This document shows positions 24,790-35,729 of a DNA stretch of 64,000 bases, one piece after another. How positions within the stretch are numbered: the stretch's first letter is position 1; every line of letters begins with the position of its first letter. Below the pieces are notes generated by a model that was not told the origin of the DNA, ran no database searches, and saw only the letters and a list, made by a program, of their open reading frames with translations. Location: the NCBI RefSeq assembly GCF_963921235.1, contig NC_086108.1, positions 88,972,001 to 89,036,000 on the forward strand. The letters run 5' to 3'. The position numbers were made by a program, and so were the translations under genes. Source of the DNA: Mobula hypostoma. Taxonomy: Eukaryota.

Positions 24790-25319
24790 CTGTACTGTGC
24801 AGAAGTTTTAGGCATGTATATATAGCTAGGGCGCCCAAAACCTTTACACAGTACTGTATTTATCAACACGGAGCAGAGAATGTGTTTGTAAATTTGGCGG
24901 TAGCGAAGGATGTTGGGAAAGGATGTGGGGCATCACAGGACGGGTGTGTGGCAGGTGGCAGAGAAGGAGTGCTGGGGCAGGGGTGGCGTGGATGCAGACA
25001 CATCCAGCCCTGAGTCACCAGGCAAGGTCATCTGATCACAAACAATTGGTTTATTGACCATTACAGAGTAGTGCTTCCTGCTCCCTCCTCTCTCCCTTTC
25101 CCTTTTCCCAACCACAATTCCCCTCTCCCTGCTCCCTTCCCACTCTCAGTCCGCAATAGGGACCCATGTCAATATCAAAATTATCATCACATATGTCATG
25201 AAATTTGGTTTTATTTTTTGTGACAGAAATAGAGTGCAATACATGAAATTACTACAGTACGGTGCAAGTCTTAGGCACCCTAGCCATATATATTTGCCTA
25301 ATACTTTTGCACAGTACTC
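24790..25319. mobile_element. Tc1/mariner-type MITE (~530 bp) with ~66-bp self-palindromic TIRs
   Basis: Units 24790-24856 and 25255-25319 (consensus CAGTACTGTGCAAAAGTCTTAGGCA...TGCCTAAGACTTTTGCACAGTACTG) are inverted relative to each other. TA flanks three of the four unit ends. Confidence 0.8.
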
Positions 25320-26539
25320 TAAATAGAAACTGCTGCAAATATTCAGCAGGCCATGAGGCAGCTGTAGTGTTAGGGACAGCCCAACAGCCTGTTGTAATAA
25401 TCCCACCCTCTCATGAAACATCAGTTACCAGAAGTATCAAATCTGTAATTTAAAGAAGCTGCAAAGATTGCCGAGGTGATGGAGTGGCATGACTTGGGTT
25501 AAAACAAGGGTGACAATGAGGATAAGCTGTAAACAACATAATCTAGTCATTGGGTGAATTAACAGATACAGGATGAGAACATAGGCCAAAGTCGGTAAGA
25601 TTGCAAAATTCAGGGCAGGAAGACACGCAAGGCAAGTCAGGGTGGACTTGTCCTCTACTCCCAGAGGGAAATAAGAAGAAGAAAATAGAGGAGAACCATA
25701 CAATCTGAGGCAATATTAATATTAGTTGATTTCTTCTACAGGTTGATTATTATTTTGCATGCGAATATTTCTAAATCACATGTCACATGTAACACATTGC
25801 TCAGAGGGTGTGAGACAGAGCTGACTGCCTAACGAGTCCTTGAAGAGTATACAGTGGTGAGCTGTCATACAGAGCAGCAAAAGCTCTCGGTTTATGTCAG
25901 TTTCTTTAAACTGTCTAAGTTACTGAATACTCTCCAAGATGATTAATAGTACATTGACATTATGTTCTATTTCTGCAGCTCTGCATTTAGTATTGCTAAG
26001 TCGTGACAGAAATATTTTAACTGGCAAGTTGTATTGACTGTAATGAAAGCCAGGACCTCAGTGATTTGTTTCAAATTCTGAATTCATTTTGATGGAATCT
26101 TTTGCACATATCTTTTCTGGCTGTGCCAGTATTCTCTCCTAAATGTAGTGAAGCATCCATATCAGAGTATTGTCACCCCAATGGCTATGGTAGGTTTCAT
26201 ACACTGAGTACTGCGAGACTGAAAAGGAGGAACGTATGTTTCAGTTCCAGCAGGTGGTCCCTGCTTGACGATTAGTATCAGGGCTCTTGGCTGATTTCCT
26301 TTTTCTTATAGCTGGTCAACTGGATCATCCAATTCCAATCTGCCTTGTTGGGCTTAGCTTACTGACTACATGCCAACAATCAAACATGAAACTCTCTATA
26401 TGCTGCCCTATGCTTTACTGAATCAATGCTTTAGGGATTAGTGAACTTTGCAAAGCTTCTATCCTATACATCCAGTAGATTGATGGGGACCACATATAAT
26501 ATTGTAGTTACTGTCTCCATGCTGTATAGTCTGTATGAA

Positions 26540-26935
26540 ACATAGAAGCAGAATCAGGCTATTTGGCCCATCAATTCCACTCCCCATTCCATCATGGTTG
26601 ATTTATTATCCCTCTCTGCCCCCCTTCTACTGCTTCTTTGTAACCTTTGACAGCCTTAATAATTAGGAACATATCAACCTCCGCTTTAAATATACCCAAT
26701 GACATGACCTCTACAGCTATCGGTGGCAATAAATTCCATTGATTCATCACCCTCTGGCTAAAGAAATTCCTCCTTCATCTCTGTTCCAAAAGTAAGTCCC
26801 TCTATTCTGAGACTATGCCCTCTGTCCTGGACTCCCACATTATAGAAAACATCTTCTTCACATCCGCTCTTTCTAGGCCTTTCAATATTCAATTGGTTTC
26901 CAAAAGATTCACCCTTCATTTTTTAAACTCCTAAA
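26540..26935 (-). mobile_element. CR1 3' fragment
   Basis: Homologous to 19208-19620. Confidence 0.8.
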
Positions 26936-27169
26936 ATTATTGAAAGAAAAATAGAAAAGTTTATGCAAATATAATAATGCAAACATACACAACAAAATTA
27001 AAAATATTTACAGGAACTTTGAACACACATATATTATCCAGCATTAGTTGCCCCTAAACTGAAGAGGCAGTTAAGAGTCAATTATTCTGATTTGTCTGAA
27101 GTCACATATGGATCAGATGGTTAATAATGGTACATTTTCTGCCCTGAAAAGCATTATAAAACAAGAAAG

Positions 27170-27960
27170 TAAAGTTTAAAAATCTGAAAATACTGGAAAA
27201 CTGACAGAGAAAACAGAAAAAGCTCGATATATATTCAGCAGAACAGGCAGCATCTGTAGAAAGAGAAACATTTTACAATCCAAATCCAGGAGCCTCTGTC
27301 AGAACTGGGCAAGAGGGAAAACAAATCTATTTTAAGTAACAGAGAAAGTTGAGAGAGGTGATGAGTAGAAATAACTCCAGGGGAGACTAAATGACTTGTA
27401 GTTGGCATTTACATAGCTACTAAAATCAGCTTAAACTTCCTTGTCTGTCCAGTGTTTTAATGGTAAGGTTGTGAGGCAACCCTAGCAGGACAGAATCAAG
27501 AATAAAAAAGTAAAACTGACCCAGCGTGACAGATAGAAATGGCCAATTCTGACACACAGAGAGAAAGAGAGTTATCTGATTTGGAGACTTCAGTATTAAG
27601 TCAAAAAGATTATAATGGTAGAGAAAGATGAGGTACAGTTTCCTAAGCTTGCATTGAGCTTTATTGCAACAGTGCAAGATGGCCATGTGTGAATGGGATG
27701 GTGAATTAAAACGCCTGGCAATTGGAAGCTTGGGGTTATTACACAGGTGCTCTGCAGAATGATCACTTAATCTATTTTTTTCTCTCTCCTGTATAAAGGA
27801 GGTCACATTACGAGCAATGACAGCAGTTCACTGGATTGGAAGAAGTGATGATGAATTGAGCTTTACTTGGAAAGACAGCTTGAGTCGCTGGATGATGGGA
27901 AGGGAAGAGAAGAAAAGATAGGCATTTCACCTCATGTGCTTGCATGGCAAGTAGACAAAC
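27170..27960 (-). mobile_element. Old Penelope-like element
   Basis: RLSDHSAEHL...PIARRFNSPSHSH...LHCCNKAQCKL...LIF (GIY-YIG C-terminal part); pLTR end at 27170-27310. Confidence 0.75.
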
Positions 27961-29075
27961 ATGGTAGGTTGGGGAAACATTTGCTGCTGATGTAGAGGGC
28001 AGAGGCAACTTTAAGCAAAGGAGTAGGTTCATGGAGAACATCAAGGGAGGAATCATCTATGAAGATGGTCATCCATCATTTACTATACTTGAGTGTGGGG
28101 AAAGTGTTGGTTACATTGCTGGGGATAAACAAAAGACCTCCTACAGGATTGACAACTTTGACACACTGGCTGTGATTCAGATAAAACTGGCCTTCGTAAT
28201 GAAACAGAAAACTCTCTCCAATTAAGCCCTTATCCTTCATTTGTAGCTATTAGTATTCAGAGGTCTTGGACATCCAAATAGGTTTCATACAATTTTAGTG
28301 AAGATAAATGTTGCACAGGGTCAGATTTGATGGCCAGTGACTTCCATGATCATTTATATCATAACCATGAAGAACTGGAAACAAATGCTCAGAACTATGC
28401 ATGCTGCACAGAAAGGACTTGATTGGAATTTAGACTAATTTTTGAATATATAAAGACAACTTTGTGCTATAATGGTGACATATGTAGATGTAGTTAGATG
28501 CCTTTAGCAAGAAAATGGAACTCCATATGAACAAAATATTGACCAAAATTAAAAAAAAATAGACATTCCTATTGCAAAGTAGTTCAGGGGATTCAATGCC
28601 AGTGCTAAACTTTTTAAACAATCTGTAAGGTGGGAAGGAAATTGTGAGTGTTTATGCAAACACCGGGCTTTCCTCGGCACTCCAGCTATGTGACAATGCC
28701 ACCAACGTAACAAGTCATTGTATAAATAACAAGATTCCTGTGTTTCTAGCTCTGAACTCAAGATGCATTCACAAGTGTAAACATGATGGGAAATAATCAT
28801 TAAGAAGTTTTAGACTGCTGTTATACTTGAACTTTTCCCCATCAAATTATCTCTGTCATTCTAGTGTTTGGGCATCAAATGTTGGACAAAAAGGATGGAG
28901 ACAGTAGAAGTCAAAGTCAAGTTTATTGTCATATTCATAAGTACATGTATGCACAGGTGCAATGAAGAACTTACTTCCATATAACCTATGAGTTCTTCAT
29001 AAATTAATGTAGAGTTAAAGGATTGATAATATTTAGAGTTAATGGAAATGGAACAGAATTGATCACTGTGTGGAA

Positions 29076-29152
29076 CGAGAGACAAAGAGACAGACAGACA
29101 GATGGAGACAGGGACAGACAGAGAGAGAGAGAGATGGACTGACAGACAGACA
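29076..29152. repeat. Compound (GA)n/(GACA)n microsatellite
   Basis: Seen directly in sequence. Confidence 0.85.
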
Positions 29153-30648
29153 CTAGGAGATAGATTAAAGATTTTAAAATGATGTAATATACAGAACACA
29201 GTACACAGAACACAGTATAATTTCATGATTTTAGTAATTTAATATTAAATTTTAAATCCCATTTTTGTCATGTTTGTATTTATAGTATTTTATTTGTGGT
29301 ATTTGGAAAGGTTTCACTAAACTTTTTAAAGGAATGCTGAGTTGTGCTGCTCTGTGAGCCTTAACTGGCTTTCTCAACCCAAGTGAAATTGAAATCCAAA
29401 GAACAATTGTGGGAGAAACTGCCCATGAAGGAATTTAAATTTGCTGAACTTTGGAGGGGCATAGTCATGTATTCTAAACTTTATAAACCAAACATGTAAA
29501 TGTGTTTATGACCTCACTTTACTTATAGTTCTAATGGCAGACTGAGCTCTCCCAAATTACACATGAAATTTGGAACTCACATCTATTTTGAAACATACAG
29601 TGAAATGCACAATTTGCATTAAGAGCCAACACACACAAGGATCTGTTGTTTGGGCAGCCTACAAGTGTCACCAACATTGCATGACCACGGTGTTCAGCAG
29701 AACAAAACAAGCAGGAACAACAGCAACAGAACAAAACAAGATAACAACAGCAGAATAAGCCCCTTCCCCACCCTCCCACCCACTTGCATCCATAGGCAGA
29801 TCTCCAACCCCCGGATAGACTGCCTTCAGGCCTCTAGTCCTTGACCCCGGACTCACAGACTTGCAGTCATTAAGCCTCCAACTTCCTATCCCTGGCCCTG
29901 ACACACAGACTTGACTTTTGGGCCTCAGCCTCTGGACTTACCAACTTCAGACTTTGACCTTGCCTTCTGCCTTTAGATTTTAATATCAATTTAATGAATA
30001 TTGTAACATCTTTAGATCTGAGCCAGAAGGCCTGAACATCAATGTCTTTAGTTATTTATTCAGCAGCATCCAGTTATTTGTCTGTGTGTGTAAACTGGTG
30101 TCAGACAGGGAGTGGAACATTAGCTTCTCTTTCAGTTTATTCAAAACGAGGACAATTCCTTCAAAACCACACAGTGTGAGATGGAGAACTGTGCAAAAGG
30201 AACTTAACTAATATGCATCCAATGAAGGTACCACATTCTTACCATAAATATTTCTGTTACATTGTAACCCAAAGGCTGCAGAGGGTTCTCAATGTATCCA
30301 GAAAGTATTCCTTTATTTATATATGTATGCATATTTTATTTCATGTTTGTACTTTAAACTCTAACTATTATTTCTGTTCATTTTTCTTTGTAATTATTAA
30401 TCAATGTTGTTGATTTTGTTCTATGCCATGCTCTGACCAACACAAAGTAGCAAATTCCTAATTCTTGTAACTGTACATGGCAAATAAAGTGATCCTTGAT
30501 CTTTCAGAAACTACTTTTTGAATTGAATTGTGGTCCATCCCAGAGACAAACTCATTTCCAGATTCAGATTATGTCAGTTCTATGTTTAATTGTTTAGAGG
30601 AAGTTTAGTTAACTATAGTCCTAGTAACAAAGTAACATGCTCTATTAT

Positions 30649-31257
30649 GACCGCTTTGCTGAACACCTACGCTCTGTCCACCAAAGAAAGCAGGATCTCC
30701 CAGTGGCCACATATTTTAATTCCACATCCCATTCCCATTCTGACATGTCTATCCACGGCCTCCTCTACTGTAAAGATGAAGCCACACTCAGGTTGGAGGA
30801 ACAACACCTTATATTCCGTCTGGGTAGCCTCTAACCTGATGGCAAGAACATCGACCTCTAACTTCCACTAATGCCCCACCTCCCCCTCGTACCGCATCCG
30901 TTATTTATTTTTATACACACATTCTTTCTCTCACTCTCCTTTTTCTCCCTCTGTCCCTCTGACTATACCCCTTGCCCATCTTCCGGTTCTCCCTCCGCTT
31001 GTCTTTCTCCCTGGACCTCCTGTCCCATGATCCTCTCATATCCCCTTTGCCAATCACCTGTCCAGCTCTTGGCTCCATCCCTCCCCCTCCCGTCTTCTCC
31101 TATCATTTTGGATCTCCCCCCCTCTCCCACTTTCAAATCTCTTACTAACTCTTCCTTCAGTTAGTCCTGACAAAGGGTCTCGGCCTGAAACGTCGACTGC
31201 ACCTCTTCCTAGAGATGCTGCCTGGCCTGCTGCGTTCACCAGCAACTTTGATGTGTG
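30649..31257 (+). mobile_element. Young Penelope-like element, 5'-truncated, with 12-bp TSD
   Basis: DRFAEHLRSVHQRKQDLPVATYFNSTSHSHSDMSIHGLLYCKDEATLRLEEQHLIFRLGSL; ATGCTCTATTAT at both 30637-30648 and 31258-31269. Confidence 0.93.
31163..31198 (+). ncRNA. Hammerhead motif with a G8-to-A core change
   Basis: AGTC-CTGACAA-AGG...CCT-GAAACGTC-GACT. Confidence 0.65.
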
Positions 31258-31304
31258 ATGCTCTATTATCATCAGACCCATTTAATATTTTATTAAATAT
31301 TAAA

Positions 31305-31572
31305 GTCCTGTTCAGTCCTGATGAAGTGTCTCAGCCTGAAATGTCAACTGTTTATTCACTTGCTGCCTGACCTGCTGAATTCCTTATACATTTGTGTGTG
31401 TTATTCTGAATTTCCAGCATCTGGAGAATCGTAAGCACGAGGAAGTCTGCATATGCTGCAAATACAAACCAACACATACAAAATGCTGGAGGATTCAACA
31501 GGTCAGGCAGCATCTATGGAGAGGAATAAACAGTCGATGTCTTGGGCTGAGACCCTTAGTCAAGATTCCCTT
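31305..31572. mobile_element. Two PLE terminal fragments in tail-to-tail inverted arrangement
   Basis: Plus copy 31313-31430 and minus copy ~31435-31570; each has a degenerate hammerhead. Confidence 0.7.
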
Positions 31573-32410
31573 GTGTTTACTACTTTTATGTCTTTTTCTT
31601 CACTCTCCAGGATTAAACACAATTTGACCACTAGATGGCAATAAATTACAACTTAGCTCTTTGCCACACAACAAAAAATTACATGCTAAGCTTCACTCAA
31701 GGCGAAAGAAGTGACCTTTAAAATATAACCAATAAATTGCTCTTATATGACTGCCCCCTATGTGTAAAAATCTGTTTATGGCATATAAATCAACTCATAG
31801 GTTGAGGCTGAGCAAGGTGACTGACAACCTTATTTCAATTTCAATATGTTGGTAACCTTTAATTGCTAACCGAATAATGTTCTACAAATAGCATTATTTT
31901 TGCTTCAGAACAATTTAGCTTTTTTTTCCCAGCTCATTGTCACTGGCAAGAATGGTACTAGGAGTGATTGAAAAAGGGAGAGAAAAGGCGTCCCTTGTGT
32001 AACATCCAGTAGACCTTGCTAGTTCCTGATTGGAATGCCTAATGATTTTGTTCTTAAATTGCGGGAAGATGCTGAGGGAAAAAAGACTGGCTAAACGTAT
32101 CTGGGGATAGATCATGGGCTGTTTTATTATGCAGTTAGAACACATGTGAAATATAGTTTAGGTACAAATACTACATTTGTTGCTTGTGATATAATGTAAA
32201 CCAATCACTTCTGTCTTAACTCATACCATAATAAGACAATTTTATTTGACGCTGTACATTTATTTAGACTAGTTCAACAAAGAAATCCCCTTTGAAACAA
32301 AGCTCTTGAAATACCTATTTTTTAAAGTTTATAAGTTTATACAAGGTTCATTACTTGTTCCAGCAAGAACACAATACTCTAATCAACAAGATAGTTGTAC
32401 TTGCCTGAGT

Positions 32411-32453
32411 TTACAACCAATAATTCAATTAATAATTGAATTATTGGTTGTAA
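32411..32453. repeat. Perfect AT-rich palindrome, 21-bp arms, 1-nt spacer
   Basis: TTACAACCAATAATTCAATTA-A-TAATTGAATTATTGGTTGTAA. Confidence 0.95.
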
Positions 32454-33134
32454 CCAAACACCCTCCAGTATTGAGTGAATTTGAGGAACAGTAGTTAACA
32501 GATAAATGTATTTCTCATTAAAATATTCTTCAAATGAATGTGCTTTACAGTCTTTATTCAATAAAAGCTTTCATTGATGGTAGAAAATTATATTCTGAGA
32601 CCAGGATTAGCTTTGAATGCTAAACTGACTGAACCACTCACATCATTTACGTCTACTATAAACCAACAGAGATTAAATCTTCTGTTCATGTTTCACTTTC
32701 ATTTTACTGACAGTAGCCCTCTTGACTAGAAAATTAAATAAGCATTTAATATTTTTCATAGCTTTCCCTTTTGGTATCTGCTTGCTTTATCCATGTGGTT
32801 TCAGTCTGCAGTATGACCAGTGCTCTTTCATGAAAACAGTATTATACATTTCATTCCATTTAGAAGCACTATGTTACTTAAAGTGAGCTCTTCTGCTGAC
32901 ATTGACAGAATTAGAAATAATGTGCACGGGGATATGAGCTTGGAAGTGGACTGCAAAGGCATGATCTCCAAACAGTTGATAGGATAGGAATATTGAGTGA
33001 GAGGAATAAATATATTTTAATGGTAGGATGTTACCAAATACACCTGATACCAATATCTGTCCACAAGTGAAACTCTTTTACAGGCTGTGTAAATCATAGA
33101 AAATTGGATCAAGATAACTATTTCCCATCAGATA

Positions 33135-33372
33135 CATAGTCATAGTCATAGTTATACTTTATTGATCCTGAGGGAAATTGGTTTTCGTTACAGTTGCACC
33201 ATAAATAATTAAATAGTAATAAAACCATAAATAATTAAATAGTAATATGTAAATTATGCCAGGAAATAAGTCCAGGACCAGACTATTGGCTCAGGGTGTC
33301 TGACCCTCCAAGGGAGGAGCTGTAAAGTTTGATGGCCACGGGCAGGAATGACTTCCTATGATGCTCAGCGTT
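33135..33372 (-). mobile_element. Rex1/Babar 3' end with (CATAGT)n tail
   Basis: HHRKSFLPVAIKLYSSS C-terminus; the same tail family is inserted at 56347-56403. Confidence 0.8.
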
Positions 33373-33907
33373 GCTGCAATACTGGTGGGAGCATGTGGAT
33401 ACATTAAGCATTAGACTGGGATCTGGAGATTTTTGAATGACCAGCTTGGCTAGAACCTGATGCATTGCCAAGCTTGCCAAAGGGGCAATGTAGTCCCTGC
33501 CTAGAGTTCATTTAAAGAGTTATACAGCATGGAGACAGGAACTTTGGCCCACATAGTCAGCACTGATCAACAAGCACCCATTAACACCGATACTATACTG
33601 ATCCTATTTTTTTCTTTATTCTCTCCATATGAAACCCCATAATGCTGAGACCAATACAAACAGGTTGACACATATGTTGCTGGTGTCAACTCAGGTCCGT
33701 GTGGGGAATAGTCTGTTAGCTTCAAATGATATGGGTGCAGAAGGGGTGAAAAAGGGAAATGAAGAATAGAGGAGAAGTGCAGGAATAGTGAGCAGCTGTT
33801 GTACTTCTCAAGTCAAGCAGCATCCGTGAAGAGAGAAGATTGATGACACTCCTACAGAACTGACCAATTCTGATATGAACTGTGAAGATCAGTGACCTGG
33901 ACATGTT

Positions 33908-34286
33908 GGACCATAAACGTGAGCAGAAATAGGCCATTCAGCCCATTGACTCTGCTCCACCATTCTATCATCACTGAGTTATTATTCCTGTCAAACCCAT
34001 TCTCCTGTCTATCCTCTGTAACCTTAGACCCCTGGAGTAATCAAGAACCTATCAGCCTTCACTTTAAACATATCCAATGACATGGCCTCCACAGATGTCT
34101 GTGGCAATGGATTCCACAGAATCACCACCTAAAAGAATTCCTCCTCAACTCTGTTCTATAGGGACATCCTCGTATTTGAGACTGTGCTCTCTGGTCCTAG
34201 AATCCCTCACTGTAGGAAACATCCTTCATGCCCACTCTATCTAAGCATTTCAATATTCGATAGGTTTCAATGAGACACCCCTTCAT
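33908..34286 (-). mobile_element. CR1 3' fragment
   Basis: Homologous to 19208-19610. Confidence 0.8.
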
Positions 34287-35400
34287 TGAATGTTGAATTT
34301 AATATTCATACACACACACACATAATGTTGGGGGAACTCAGCAAGCCAGGCAGCATCAACGGTGTTGGCATTTATTCCCCTCCTTCGATGCTGCCTGATT
34401 TGCTGAGTTCCTCCAACATGTTGAGTGTGTTGTACAAGATTTCCAGCATCTGCAGAATCTCTTGTGTTTAGAATTTAATATTGAGACCAGAGGGGCTATT
34501 ACATTCCTAATAAAACGTTAAGAAGATTTTCATCAAGTTCAAATTAATTGAGTTTCACCGAGATGTTATCGGGGAGGGGGGTGGGTCAAAGGAAGAGAGG
34601 TCAGAGTAGAAGTGGTATGTAGAGATAAAGTGAGAGGGACTTGGCTCCCCATGGACTGAATGGGAGTATTCAGTGAACTGTCACCCATTTTGTACCTGAT
34701 TACTTCATTGGGGAGGTGCCCATATGGTAAACACCAATCACAATACTTTAAATTGGATGAAGTGCAAATGAGCCACTGCTTCTTTTGGGATGAGTGTTTG
34801 GGTTTCAGAATGGAATTGAAGTAGAGAAGTAAGAGGGCGCCTCTCCTGCAGAAGTATGGGAAGATGCCATCATTTATTGTTGATGGAGATGGAAAAGTAA
34901 AGCAGGGAAACACAGGGAAATTTATTTTTGGAATGCTGAGAAAGGGAATCTTGGGAAAGATGTATCTGATGGTAGCATTGTAAATAATGATCTGTTATAG
35001 AGATATGTGGAGTGGCAAATGACAAGGGGAACACTATTCTTTATCTGAAAGAAAACCAGAAAACAGTGGAAATACTCAGCAGCCAAGGCAGTATCAATAG
35101 AAACAGAAACAGGCTTAACTTTTCAGGTTGAAGACTTCTGATCAGATGTTCTAACAAAAGATCTTCAAAATGAAATGCTAGCTCTGTTTCTTTCTCTACA
35201 TATGCTGCCTGACTTGTTTAATATTTTCATAATTTTCATATTTATTTTGTATTTCTGGCATCTGCAGTTTTTTGATCTCTATCTGGCTTTGGGCGATGAG
35301 AGAAGGACTGAGAGTAGAAATGTGACATGTGGTTGAAAGCCCAATCAACTATAGTAGAGGGAGACCACTGACAGGGATAAATAGACAAAACCCCTGAAGC
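34287..35400 (-). mobile_element. Very old PLE remnant carrying two small nested inverted PLE-end insertions
   Basis: Degenerate ICTSSNLKYCDWC (GIY-YIG start); nested pieces at 34307-34470 and ~35050-35278. Confidence 0.55.
34307..34470. mobile_element. Mini inverted PLE-end insertion with 12-bp TSD
   Basis: Minus arm 34307-34372 and plus arm 34373-34470; GAATTTAATATT at both 34295-34306 and 34471-34482. Confidence 0.8.
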
Positions 35401-35729
35401 ACATGCAAATGATGTTAAATGAGTCACAGAGAGTAGGAGAATGGAGTAGAGTCCTCAGAGCAAGCTGCAGACGTGTAATGAATACTGGCGCAAGTTTAGA
35501 TTCTGAAGTGGGAGATAGAGAAGTCAAGGAATTTAGAAATAGAAGCAGAGTGAAATTGACAGTAAAATGGAAAATAACTTAACAGGTTCAGTTTAACTGT
35601 AGGAAAAAGAAACAGTAATAATCTCTCACGACAAATACCTCTCACTCAATGTCTGTAGAATCAAAGAGCTGATTATTGACTACAGGAAATTTATGAGTAA
35701 CTCCCAATTACGGGTTCAGAGGTGGAGAA

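Noticed and set aside
31998..32010. TGTAACATCC resembling miR-30
   Set aside because: Seed lacks one A and there is no hairpin partner.
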